Part shown: in pieces, positions 37,521-46,633 of the stretch
Position numbering within the stretch: the stretch's first letter is position 1
Layout of the letters: each line of letters starts with the position of its first letter
NCBI GenBank assembly: GCA_041737595.1
Contig: JBGSRK010000013.1
Location: forward strand, 1-61,328
Reading direction: 5' to 3'
Length of the DNA: 61,328 nt
Source of the DNA: Patescibacteria group bacterium
GTDB taxonomy: Bacteria > Patescibacteriota > CPR2 > UBA1875
Notes under the pieces: model-generated
Told to the model about the DNA's origin: nothing
What the model saw: only the letters and a program-made list of their open reading frames with translations
Databases searched by the model: none
Translations under genes and position numbers: made by a program

Positions 37521-38327
37521 CAAGGTGAGACTACACCGGCAGGTAACCGTAAAGGGTCTTTAAACTCAGTGGCTTCGAGCCACAACGTGACCCACCTCGT
37601 TTGAGTAGTCATGTACCTTCCTCAGGAAACTGAGGAAAAACTAAAAAGGTATGGGGCAATGCTGTCGACCCCGAAAAAAAAGAAAATAAATATAATATCG
37701 ACAGCGCAATAAAAAAAGAATAAGTGGCGATAGGCCACTAAAGTGTTCGCCTTCGGGCGGCAACCCTCCCCTTGAATGCGACATTAGGGTGTCGTGGGAG
37801 CGGAATCATAGTTCTAGAGTGCAGGTCACACTCTTGGACAAAACAGACGGTTGGACTGATTGTAGCATGGCAAGACCCGAGAAAAAGCTCATCCCGAAGC
37901 CCATTGCACGAAATGACCAGGGAGAGAGTCGAGCCCTAAATCGACTTTCTCCGCTAGAAACTCCACGGCACTAGCTGCCGTTCCCCTGGAAATTACCGAG
38001 GAGGATAGTGTAATGAACCCGGAAGTGAAGCAAGCCGAGCCAGGGCGGTGAGCTGTCACTTCCAAGCACCTTAGAATCGATACGAGCAGGGAGTAAACCC
38101 ACCAAAAATCCTCTTTGGTACACGCTTTTTCAAGGGTGTGCTACTTGAGAAGTTACGCTCGTTCGAGAATGTCCCGGCGACACATACGGCACAGCCGTCG
38201 CAGTCGCTATTGACCCTTGCGCCAAAGTGCGCACGTAAATCCCGGGTCAGCATTTCACCGCCGCAAGGTGTGTAGAATTGTGGGGCAAGGGTGGCCCGGC
38301 GGTTATTCCGTCGGGCCTCTTTTTTTT
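37521..38327 (+). ncRNA. Large GC-rich structured RNA of about 800 nt, class unassigned
   Basis: No credible ORF. It runs on the strand opposite to both neighbours and has a strong promoter and terminator. Many tetraloop-capped hairpins are visible: CCUCAG-GAAA-CUGAGG, CGCC-UUCG-GGCG, GUGGC-uucga-GCCAC, GUGGC-gaua-GGCCAC, GGAAGUGA...UCACUUCC, CACC-gccgcaa-GGUG. An AT-rich loop is closed by UGCUGUCGA/UCGACAGCG. Confidence 0.6.
38293..38327 (+). terminator. Intrinsic terminator of the large RNA
   Basis: GGCCCGGCGG-uuauu-CCGUCGGGCC, then CU followed by U8. Confidence 0.8.
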
Positions 38328-38348
38328 AAAAAAAATAATTCAAATATT

Positions 38349-39083
38349 TTAAAAATTTTCTCTAATATTTACTTCTGTGACATATTTTTTCATAGTATCT
38401 GCAATTTCTTCTAAATCTTCTTTCTTAAATTTATCAGTCCCAAGTAAAGTTTTATCAAAAGTAACTTCATCTCGAAACCCTTGGATTGTGTATCTTTGGG
38501 CACCTTTTATTAATTCCCCCATTTCCATAAAATCAGAAATTTCATGAAAGGCAGGTAAAACTGTTGTTCGAAATTCGTGAGGTAACCCAGATTTTATAAT
38601 AATATCGATACTCTCTTTAATTTTTCCAACATCATCAAATCGTGATATCTGAGAATATTTCTTTAAAGGACCTTTTATATCCATCGCCACAAAATCTATC
38701 ATTTCAGAATCAATTAATCTTTTAAGTACAACTGGGTTTCCCCCATTAGTATCAAGTTTTACAGAAAAACCATGATCTTTTATTCTTGCAATAAAATTTT
38801 CCAAATCAATTTGGATAGTCGGCTCACCACCAGTAATAACAACTCCATCTAATTTTCCCTTTCGACTCTCAAGAAATTCAAAGAATTCAATTTCTGAGAG
38901 GTTTCCTTTATCAGGGTCGGACCCTGCAAACACAGGGTCCGACCCTGTGGCAGAGTAAGAAGGGATTAAATCTGGATTATGGCAAAAACCACATCTAAAA
39001 TTACAGCCCTGTGTAAAAACAACACAAGAAACTCGAGATGGATAATCTATAAGAGATGATTTAACAAGGCCACCTAATCGCAC
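38349..39083 (-). CDS. nrdG: Anaerobic ribonucleotide reductase activating protein (radical SAM) with an in-frame repeat-derived insertion
   Basis: SLIDYP......VFTQGCNFRCGFCHNP ... LDGVVITGGEPT. Likely GTG start at 39083 (GAGG 8 nt upstream). Confidence 0.85.
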   Translation of the reverse strand: MRLGGLVKSSLIDYPSRVSCVVFTQGCNFRCGFCHNPDLIPSYSATGSDPVFAGSDPDKGNLSEIEFFEFLESRKGKLDGVVITGGEPTIQIDLENFIARIKDHGFSVKLDTNGGNPVVLKRLIDSEMIDFVAMDIKGPLKKYSQISRFDDVGKIKESIDIIIKSGLPHEFRTTVLPAFHEISDFMEMGELIKGAQRYTIQGFRDEVTFDKTLLGTDKFKKEDLEEIADTMKKYVTEVNIRENF

Positions 39084-39094
39084 AGCTATACCTC

Positions 39095-39162
39095 GTCATT
39101 CCGGACTTGATCCGGAATCTATATTAATAAAACAGTGGATCCTGAATCAAGTTCAGGATGAC
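39095..39162. repeat. Two REP units (GTCATTCCGGACTTGATCCGGAATCTA; GGATCCTGAATCAAGTTCAGGATGAC)
   Basis: Same family, located between nrdG and the small nrdD fragment. Confidence 0.8.
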
Positions 39163-39169
39163 AAAACCT

Positions 39170-39328
39170 CTATTCGCAATCGCAAACACTGAATTCTGTT
39201 CTGTCGGCAAATTCTGCTTGCTTACCTTCATTCCATTGTTGTACTGGTCTGATATAACCAACAACTCTTGAATAGACCTCACAAGGCGTTCTTTGCGCTT
39301 CTAGCGCGTTTAATTCTTGGTTTGTCAT
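39170..39328 (-). CDS. Stand-alone glycyl-radical domain of class III RNR (52 aa)
   Basis: ...TPCEVYSRVVGYIRPVQQWNEGKQAEFADR matches the NrdD C-terminal glycyl-radical motif (R..GY...WN.GK..E...R). It has its own GGAGG SD 8 nt before ATG 39328. The longer track ORF N-terminus (to 39397) is REP-encoded. Confidence 0.7.
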   Translation of the reverse strand: MTNQELNALEAQRTPCEVYSRVVGYIRPVQQWNEGKQAEFADRTEFSVCDCE

Positions 39329-39347
39329 CTTAGGCTCCTCCCTTTTT

Positions 39348-39395
39348 ATTCCGGTTTTATTCCGGAATCTAGATTCCCGCTTTCGCGGGAATGAC
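39348..39395. repeat. REP units separating the two nrdD pieces
   Basis: ATTCCGGTTTTATTCCGGAATCTAGATTCCCGCTTTCGCGGGAATGAC, beginning 3 nt after the stop of the large nrdD ORF. Confidence 0.8.
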
Positions 39396-39398
39396 ACA

Positions 39399-41534
39399 TT
39401 AACTTTTAATTTTTACTTTTTTCTTTTTATTACTTAATAAATCTAATTGTTCGTTCCATCCAATTTCTTGATCACAAATCGGACAAAATTTATGTTCTCC
39501 TGCAAGATAACCATGAGTTGGGCAAACAGAAAATGTTGGAGAAATAGTAAAGTAAGGCAAGTGATAATTTTCAGCAATTTTTCGAATAAGATTTTTTACT
39601 GCTTCTACATCATCAAGTTTTTCACCAATAAATCCGTGTAAAACCGTACCACCTGTGTATAATGTTTGGAGCCCATCCTGGAGATCAAGTGCCTCAAAAA
39701 TATCATCAGTAAAACCAACAGGAAGAGCAGTTGAGTTAGTGTAATAAGGTTTTGCGTTTAGGGTTCGATATGCCTCATCGTTCGCAACCAAAATATCTTT
39801 ATACTGTTCTGTGTCTCTTTTAGCAAATCTATAAGTTGTGCCTTCCCCAGGTGTGGCCTCAAGATTATAAATATTCCCAGTCTCTTCTTGATAACCGGCG
39901 ATTCTATCTCGCATAAAATTCATCACTTTAATAGAGAATGCATGTCCTTTTTTTGTAGTAATATCTTCTTTTTTACCTAAAAAGTTTGTAATTGATTCAT
40001 TCATTCCTAAAAGCCCAATTGTTGAAAAGTGGTTTGCCCAATATCTTCCAAATCTCTTTTTTATATCAACTAAATAATAACGTGCAAATGGGTAAAGACC
40101 ACCCTCCATATATCTTTCAAGAATTTTTCTCTTAATCTCAAGTGATTCTTTTGATATGTCCATTAAATATGTGAGTCTTTCAAAATAATCTTTTTCATTT
40201 TTTGCTAAATATCCAAGCCGAGGCATATTTATAGTAACAACCCCAACAGAGCCAGTTAGTGGGTTTGAACCAAATAAACCACCACCACGTTTTCTTAATT
40301 CTCGGTTATCAAGTCTTAATCTACAACACATTGAACGTGCATCATCTGGTGACATGTCAGAATTAATAAAATTAGAAAAATATGGAATTCCATATTTTGC
40401 CGTCATTTCCCAAACAGATTTTAAAACTGGATTATTCCAATTAAAATCTTTGGTAATGTTGTAAGTTGGGATTGGGAATGAAAAAATTCTACCTTGCGCA
40501 TCCCCTTCAAGCATAACCTCTGCAAAAGCCTCGTTAATCATGTCCATCTCTTTTTGAAAATCTTTATATTTTTCAGGTTTAACTTCCCCACCAACTACAA
40601 CATTTTCATTAGCAAGTTCCCCTACTGGGGTCAAATCCATTGTGATATTAGTAAAAGGAGTTTGGAAACCAACCCGGGTTGGAATATTCATACCATAAAC
40701 GAATTCCTGCATTGCCTGTTTTACTTGTTTATAATCAAGGTTGTCATATCTTACAAAAGGAGCAACTAAAGTATCAAAGCTAGAAACCGCTTGTGCCCCA
40801 GCGGATTCTCCTTGCATTGTGTACATAAAGTTTACTAATTGGTTAAGCATCGCCTTTATATGTTTTGGAGGTCTTGATGTAATTTTCCCCGGTACTCCAC
40901 CAAACCCACGAATAATTAGTTCTTTAAGATCCCAACCACAACAATAGGTTGATAGATAACCTAAATCATGGATATGTAAATCTGCATTAAGATGTCCTTC
41001 TTTGATATTTTTTGGATAAAGTTTATCGAGCCAATATTTTTCTGTAATTTGTGCAGAAACATAATTATTAAGTCCCTGGAGAGAGTAAGTCATATTTGAG
41101 TTTTCTTTGACTTTCCAATCTCCCTGAGAAAGGTAATCTTCCATTAAAACCGCTGAATCTAAAAGATTTGCCTTCCTTAAATTTTCATGTTGTCTTCGGT
41201 AAACAATATATGATTTTGCAGTTTCTTCAAAAACAGAATCCATTAGGATGTGTTCAACAACATCCTGTACTTTTTCAACCGTTGGAAGGTTGTGGGCATC
41301 AAACTGACGATGAAGATGAGCAGAAACTTGTTCTGATAATTTCCCAGCAATTTTTTGATTAAATTCACCCGTCGCCTCACCGGCTTTAGTAAGGGCAAGT
41401 GTAATTTTTTCTAACTCAAATTTTGCAATTTTACCATCGCGTTTAATTATCTTATCAAAAGGCTTTCTCTCGGTATATTTTTTTCCGATTGCAAGCGTTT
41501 CTTGTTTTTCTTGATTTTCAGTTTTTTTGGCCAC
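39399..41534 (-). CDS. nrdD: Anaerobic (class III) ribonucleoside-triphosphate reductase, large piece lacking the glycyl-radical tail
   Basis: N-terminal ATP-cone (IIKRDGKIAKFELEKI), a long catalytic core, and a C-terminal Cys/His cluster (CPTHGY...FCPICD). It ends in a K-rich tail with no RxxGY motif. Confidence 0.9.
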   Translation of the reverse strand: MAKKTENQEKQETLAIGKKYTERKPFDKIIKRDGKIAKFELEKITLALTKAGEATGEFNQKIAGKLSEQVSAHLHRQFDAHNLPTVEKVQDVVEHILMDSVFEETAKSYIVYRRQHENLRKANLLDSAVLMEDYLSQGDWKVKENSNMTYSLQGLNNYVSAQITEKYWLDKLYPKNIKEGHLNADLHIHDLGYLSTYCCGWDLKELIIRGFGGVPGKITSRPPKHIKAMLNQLVNFMYTMQGESAGAQAVSSFDTLVAPFVRYDNLDYKQVKQAMQEFVYGMNIPTRVGFQTPFTNITMDLTPVGELANENVVVGGEVKPEKYKDFQKEMDMINEAFAEVMLEGDAQGRIFSFPIPTYNITKDFNWNNPVLKSVWEMTAKYGIPYFSNFINSDMSPDDARSMCCRLRLDNRELRKRGGGLFGSNPLTGSVGVVTINMPRLGYLAKNEKDYFERLTYLMDISKESLEIKRKILERYMEGGLYPFARYYLVDIKKRFGRYWANHFSTIGLLGMNESITNFLGKKEDITTKKGHAFSIKVMNFMRDRIAGYQEETGNIYNLEATPGEGTTYRFAKRDTEQYKDILVANDEAYRTLNAKPYYTNSTALPVGFTDDIFEALDLQDGLQTLYTGGTVLHGFIGEKLDDVEAVKNLIRKIAENYHLPYFTISPTFSVCPTHGYLAGEHKFCPICDQEIGWNEQLDLLSNKKKKVKIKS

Positions 41535-41617
41535 TTCTCTTCCCCCTAATTTTTATTGTCTACTTTTGTTTATTCCTGAACCTAGATTCTAGAAATTATT
41601 AAGTATGACTTTTAATA

Positions 41618-42091
41618 TTATTTAGTTATTGTGCACTTTATATTATCAGATATTTTTTCAGCTTCACGTGTAAAGGCTTCTACATCCTGAAATGCCTTAT
41701 AAACACTCGCGAATCTCAGATAAGCCACCGGATCAACCTCTTTTAAGCGGTTCATTACTATATCCCCAACTTCTGTACTCTTTATTTCTCCACCAGATTT
41801 TTCTCGAATTTCATGATCAATTGAATCAACTAATTCTTCTAACTTATCAGGATCAATTGGGCGTTTTTTAAGTGCCTTATGAATTCCTGAAGACATTTTA
41901 TCTTTATTATAAAGTTCCAAAGAACCATCTTTTTTTACTACATTTATGAGAGATGCTTCTATCCTTTCATATGTAGTGAACCTGTGCCCACACTTATTAC
42001 ACTCCCGGCGCCTTCTTATGGCTGCATCTACTGGGAGGTCTCGCTTCTCATTTACTTTTAGTTCTTCCGAACTACATTTTGGACATTTCAT
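41618..42091 (-). CDS. nrdR: Transcriptional repressor NrdR
   Basis: MKCPKCSS....V...R...........RRRECNKCGHRFTTYE zinc ribbon plus ATP-cone. Confidence 0.9.
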   Translation of the reverse strand: MKCPKCSSEELKVNEKRDLPVDAAIRRRRECNKCGHRFTTYERIEASLINVVKKDGSLELYNKDKMSSGIHKALKKRPIDPDKLEELVDSIDHEIREKSGGEIKSTEVGDIVMNRLKEVDPVAYLRFASVYKAFQDVEAFTREAEKISDNIKCTITK

Positions 42092-42157
42092 TTTGTTCCT
42101 TTTTGCTCTTTAGGGTCTCCCCAAGATAGGTGAGACCCATTTAAGAGGTTATAAGCA

Positions 42158-42210
42158 CCCCCATATATAGTGCTCAATCATTATATACCTACACCATATA
42201 TAGCGTGTCA
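42158..42210 (-). promoter_or_regulatory. nrdR-nrdD-nrdG promoter with two NrdR boxes
   Basis: CCCCCATATATAGTGC (42158-42173) and ACACCATATATAGCGT (42191-42206) resemble the ACACnATATATnGTGT consensus, with centres 33 bp apart. On the minus strand, TTGACA (42210-42205) and TATATAAT (42187-42180) bracket box 2. Confidence 0.65.
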
Positions 42211-42368
42211 AGCTCTTTCTTTTCCACACGTATACAAAAATATTTTTAACCGAAATAGAGCCAAAAAATCGATTGTTGATAACTATTTATACAACCATTG
42301 TGGATAAAATCACTCCATTATTTTAAGAATTAAATTATAAAATTGTAATATAATAATTATTTTATATC

Positions 42369-42719
42369 GTGTATACTGAGTATATGAATTTAGGTCATCA
42401 TCATTACACTCATCACTATATAAAAAACCAGAAAAAATTTGATCTTCTGCATTCTAAAAAATCTGTAAAAAGATTAGATAGAATGGTCTTAGTTATTGGT
42501 ATATTAAGTCCACTATTTACCCTCCCTCAGGTTTGGCAAATTTGGACTACTCATGATGTAGAAGGAATAAATCTAATTACTTGGATAGCTTGGGCCACTT
42601 TCAATGGTTTTTGGTTCGTTTATAGTGTTGCTCACAAAGAATTACCTTTAATTGTGAACTGTACTATTTGGATATTTATATATATTTCAGTAATTACAGG
42701 CATAATAATATTTAGATAA
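42369..42719 (+). CDS. Small 3-TM PQ-loop/SemiSWEET-like membrane protein (start uncertain)
   Basis: His-rich N-terminus, then three TM helices with LPQVWQIW after TM1. Confidence 0.45.
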   Translation: MYTEYMNLGHHHYTHHYIKNQKKFDLLHSKKSVKRLDRMVLVIGILSPLFTLPQVWQIWTTHDVEGINLITWIAWATFNGFWFVYSVAHKELPLIVNCTIWIFIYISVITGIIIFR

Positions 42720-42733
42720 TTAAATATACTTTT

Positions 42734-42766
42734 AAAAAAACAGACGTTCATTACGTCTGTTTTTTT
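42734..42766. terminator. Bidirectional terminator between the SemiSWEET-like gene and ftsZ
   Basis: A7-CAGACG-ttcatta-CGTCTG-T7. Confidence 0.8.
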
Positions 42767-42825
42767 AATATTTATTTTTGATTTTAGAATTTAAAATTTG
42801 AAAATTAGAATTAAAGCAAGGTACC

Positions 42826-43944
42826 TTATTCCATTCTTTTTCGAATAAAGGCTGGGATTTCTAAATCATCAAATGCATCATCTTTTTTATCTTCGACGGG
42901 TGTTGTTGTTCCACCTCCAAAGAAATCATTATCATCTTCATCCGCATCAAGACCAGTTGTTACTGAATTTGAAGGAACAGATGTTTTTTCAATACCAGCA
43001 AAACCGGTTGCAATAACAGTAATTCTAATTTCGTTAGATATTTCAGGGTCAATTACAGAACCAAAAATGATATTTGCTTGAGGATCAGCTGCTTGAGTAA
43101 TTACCTTAGCTGCTTCATCGATTTCAAACATTCCAAGATCTGCACCCCCTGTAACATTAAATAGAACACCTTTAGCCCCATTTATTGATAGTTCAAGCAA
43201 TGGAGAGTTTATAGCTTGTTTTGCGGCGTCAACTGCTCTATTATCTCCTGAACCACGTCCAATTCCCATTAACGCACTACCTGCATTTGACATAATAGTT
43301 TTTACGTCAGCAAAGTCGACATTAATTAGACCGTTTACAGTGATTAAGTCAGAAATAGACTGGATACCTTGTCTTAGAACATCATCTACAATACCAAACG
43401 CTTCTAAAAGTGATGTTTTTCGATCAATTATCTGCAACAGGCGATCATTTGGAATAGTAATAAGTGTGTCAACCTTATCATGTAAAAGATCAATTCCTTC
43501 TTCAGAAACTCTTTTACGTCTTTCACCCTCAAAAGAGAAAGGCTTTGTAATAACTCCAACTGTTAGAGCACCTATTTCTTTAGCTAAAGAAGCTACAACA
43601 GAAGAAGCTTTTGTCCCTGTTCCACCACCCATACCACAAGTGACAAAGACCATATCTGCGCCTTTAAGCACTTCTTTAATAAGTTCAGCATCTTCCTCAG
43701 CAGCTTTAAGACCAACTTCAGGATCAGCACCAGCACCAAGGCCACGAGTTAAGTTTTTACCTATATGAACCTTTTTTCGAGCCTTTGAATGATGTAATGA
43801 TTGCGCATCTGTGTTAATTGCAACAAATTCTACACCACGAACACCCGCGTCAATCATACGATTAACTGCGTTTACACCGGAACCACCAATACCCACCACT
43901 TTAATGCGGGCAAATGTTTCCATTTCTGGTTTGATTTCTGCCAT
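42826..43944 (-). CDS. ftsZ: Cell division protein FtsZ
   Basis: [36 protein letters not shown]. Start moved to ATG 43944 (GGAG SD). Confidence 0.95.
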   Translation of the reverse strand: MAEIKPEMETFARIKVVGIGGSGVNAVNRMIDAGVRGVEFVAINTDAQSLHHSKARKKVHIGKNLTRGLGAGADPEVGLKAAEEDAELIKEVLKGADMVFVTCGMGGGTGTKASSVVASLAKEIGALTVGVITKPFSFEGERRKRVSEEGIDLLHDKVDTLITIPNDRLLQIIDRKTSLLEAFGIVDDVLRQGIQSISDLITVNGLINVDFADVKTIMSNAGSALMGIGRGSGDNRAVDAAKQAINSPLLELSINGAKGVLFNVTGGADLGMFEIDEAAKVITQAADPQANIIFGSVIDPEISNEIRITVIATGFAGIEKTSVPSNSVTTGLDADEDDNDFFGGGTTTPVEDKKDDAFDDLEIPAFIRKRME

Positions 43945-44193
43945 TTGATCTCCTAAATCCTGTACTACTATATAGTACAAACCCCTGAGTTAAAGTTTGT
44001 TTATACTAGACTTAGTGTATTGAATTTGTACTCATTTGTAAACCCTTTTTATCTTTGAACAATTCTATTGTACAAGATATGAATAAATTTCTTAAAAACT
44101 ACAGAGTTATCCACAATCAATCTTAGAGCTTTATTTATTTTATAGATAAAATATTAATAAATGTGTCAAATACAGAGTACTAAAGTTATACAA

Positions 44194-45435
44194 TTATGGT
44201 AAAAATATTTTAAATATCTTTTTTAGAAAAGAGATTATATTATTAAAAATATTATCTCCTACGGGACCTCGTCTACCACTATTATTAGATTCTTCAAAGT
44301 TATAGAGTACAAGACCAGTTGCAACACTCATTATAGGGTCATAAACTTTATCAGTAATACCAAACAAATTATGAGGTTTCCCTATCTCGACAGGTAATTT
44401 AAGTACTTGTTTAGCCTTTTCTTCTAGGCCAGGTAAATTTGTTGTCCCCCCAGTTAAGATAACCCCAGCAGGGAGTAAAGATTCGTGTCCAATTTTTTTA
44501 AATTCTTCTCGAACCATTTTAAGGATTTCTTCAATTCTTGCTTCAATAATTTCCGAAATGTGACGCCTTGAAACAATTCCTTCTTCTTTTATATCTATTG
44601 CCGAAAGATCTACTTTATCTTTTTCTGAAACATCTTTATGGAATGAGTGACCAAACCGAACTTTTACTTTCTCTGCAATATCTATAGAGGTTCTAAGCCC
44701 AATTGCAACATCATTTGTTATATGGAGACCTCCGATAGGTAAAACAGTCGTATAAAGCAGTTCACCGTCTTCATAAACACATATTCCAGTTGTTGCAGAA
44801 CCAATATCAACTACTGCACAACCCAAATCTATCTGTCTTTTTTTAGCGATTGCTTTTGATGCAGCTATAGGAGTAGCGATCATATCCTGAACCTTAACAC
44901 CAGCCTGTGAAAGACATTTATCAAGATTTCTAACTGCCTGAGAAGAAACTGCAACAATATGTGTTTCTACTTCAAGACGTATTCCTGTCATCCCAACTGG
45001 GTCTTTAATCCCTTCTTGGTCATCGACTTTATAGGTTCTTGGGAAAACGTGTAATATCTCCTTGTTTGGTGATATTTGGACCGCTTGGGCAGCATCCTGA
45101 GCTCTTGCGGCATCTTCTGATGTAATTTGTTGGTCAGCTCGTCCAACGCCAACAATACCATTTGAATTTATAGAAGAAATCCCAGCGCCATTAATATTTA
45201 CTGAAGCGCTATCAATTTCAACTCCAGCCATTCTTTCGGCGATTTCGATAGATTCAGATATCCCAGAAACGGTTTCTTCTATTTCTGTGACCACCCCTTT
45301 TTTAAGGCCAGTCATCGAAGATTTTCCAACTCCAATAATAGAAAGGTGTTCATCCCCCTCTCTTTTTGCAATTACAGTGGATATTTTTGATGATCCAATA
45401 TCAATACCGACAAAGATTTCTTCTTTTTGAGTCAT
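44194..45435 (-). CDS. ftsA: Cell division protein FtsA
   Basis: GIDIGSSKI..VIA... and VVDIGSATT actin-fold phosphate motifs. Located upstream of ftsZ. Confidence 0.9.
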   Translation of the reverse strand: MTQKEEIFVGIDIGSSKISTVIAKREGDEHLSIIGVGKSSMTGLKKGVVTEIEETVSGISESIEIAERMAGVEIDSASVNINGAGISSINSNGIVGVGRADQQITSEDAARAQDAAQAVQISPNKEILHVFPRTYKVDDQEGIKDPVGMTGIRLEVETHIVAVSSQAVRNLDKCLSQAGVKVQDMIATPIAASKAIAKKRQIDLGCAVVDIGSATTGICVYEDGELLYTTVLPIGGLHITNDVAIGLRTSIDIAEKVKVRFGHSFHKDVSEKDKVDLSAIDIKEEGIVSRRHISEIIEARIEEILKMVREEFKKIGHESLLPAGVILTGGTTNLPGLEEKAKQVLKLPVEIGKPHNLFGITDKVYDPIMSVATGLVLYNFEESNNSGRRGPVGDNIFNNIISFLKKIFKIFLP

Positions 45436-45513
45436 AAGCTAAGTAGATTATATACATTTGGTATACAAATTAAAAGTAGTTTATTTTATTTGTTATTCTC
45501 TTTTCCCCCAAAT

Positions 45514-45594
45514 GTCATTCTGAGCGGAGCGAAGAATCTAATAATAGATCCTTCATATTCATTCAGGATGACAGCCCGATAGATTCAATATGAC
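45514..45594. repeat. REP units (GTCATTCTGAGCGGAGCGAAGAATCTA; GATCCTTCATATTCATTCAGGATGAC; AGATTCAATATGAC)
   Basis: Same family, at the left border of the GC-rich array. Confidence 0.75.
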
Positions 45595-45675
45595 AAATAT
45601 AAATGAAAATGGCGGACTAAAGTTCGGGTTTCCCCGTTCCTTAGCCCGCCGTGTCTAACAGATCGTGTTGTTGGT

Positions 45676-46422
45676 CTACTTGTCGCCGGCCACAGTCGTG
45701 TACTCCTTCGGCTTCTGCGGAAGCTTGTGCAAGCTCCAGCCTGCCTCCTTCAGCAGAACCTTGAAACTCTCGAGGTTACCATGGTAGATGGCATCCTTGA
45801 GAGCCACGATCCAAGGATAGAGCTTGTGCTGAGAGGCGATAACCATCACCTCTGCACCTTGAACCTTGAAGTAATCCTCAAGGGAGAAAGGATAGCCATC
45901 GCGGCAAACATCGGTAATGGCCTGAAGGGCCATTGCCTTGTCGGACCCCGCCATGACAACTTGGGCAGCGACGCCGTACTCGACCTCGAGAAGCCTCTCC
46001 AAGCCCATGTAGCCGTCCTCATCGTTGATCATCCCGAGAACTTTCGTAACGATCGCACTTCGAGATGTCAACTGAGAGAGAATGACTTGCTCGATGCCCC
46101 TCAAGCTGGCAACCTTCGATGTAGCCTCGAACAACTCTTCGATACTATCCGGAGGGGTGTCCACAAGCTTCTTGACCTCCTCGACCATCTCGACGAAACA
46201 GCCGCAAACATCTTCGCAGTCACTCTGTTCATGACTTGCGATGTACATCTCGAGCTCTTTGATCGTCTCTCGATTGAGCTCAAGTGAAACACCTGCCTCC
46301 TTCGCCAACTCGGCGAGGGTGACAACCGTTTCAAGGCGGTTGTTAGTCGTGTTCACTCTCTTCAAGAGTGATGAGGTAACTCCTGCTCTTGCCATTTCTC
46401 TCCAATCATCGTATTTGTACAC
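45676..46422 (-). CDS. GC-rich orphan protein, array module I (248 aa; start GTG 46422 or ATG 46395)
   Basis: Long ORF in a GC-rich block with no recognisable motif. A 3' hairpin lies at 45611-45650. Confidence 0.6.
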   Translation of the reverse strand: MYKYDDWREMARAGVTSSLLKRVNTTNNRLETVVTLAELAKEAGVSLELNRETIKELEMYIASHEQSDCEDVCGCFVEMVEEVKKLVDTPPDSIEELFEATSKVASLRGIEQVILSQLTSRSAIVTKVLGMINDEDGYMGLERLLEVEYGVAAQVVMAGSDKAMALQAITDVCRDGYPFSLEDYFKVQGAEVMVIASQHKLYPWIVALKDAIYHGNLESFKVLLKEAGWSLHKLPQKPKEYTTVAGDK

Positions 46423-46480
46423 TTCACACAGAAGTATTCTCCCCTCCCAGGTTTCTTCTGTGTTTTTTGATCTGTTTTTA

Positions 46481-46608
46481 CAAGTTGCACTGCAGTAACT
46501 AATCTGCAGATTTTATCTATTGTCATTCTGAACTTGATTCAGAATCTAGTATAAATATTATCTGAAGATTAGGTAAAGCTGGTGCCACTCTGTGAACAGA
46601 GCGACACC
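46481..46608 (-). repeat. Inter-module structured repeat, copy 1
   Basis: CAAGTTGCACTGCAGTAA-CTAATCTGCAGAT (46499-46511) ... REP unit ... ATCTGAAGATTAG (46560-46572), then a GC hairpin. Confidence 0.8.
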
Positions 46609-46633
46609 ATAGTGCGATTCAACAAGAACACCT

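Noticed and set aside
39329-39397. Longer 75-aa version of the small nrdD-fragment ORF
   Set aside because: The extra N-terminal 23 residues (MSFPRKRESRFRNKTGIKREEPK) are a translation of the REP units. The internal ATG at 39328 has a proper GGAGG SD.
45727-46287. Long antisense or alternative-frame ORFs in GC-rich blocks (e.g. 45727-46287 +, 5137-5451 +, 5725-6093 +, 7026-7641 +, 43340-43768 +, 2287-2838 +)
   Set aside because: They overlap better-supported genes on the opposite strand or in another frame, and they lack SD sequences. Long spurious ORFs are expected in stop-codon-poor GC-rich or low-complexity sequence.
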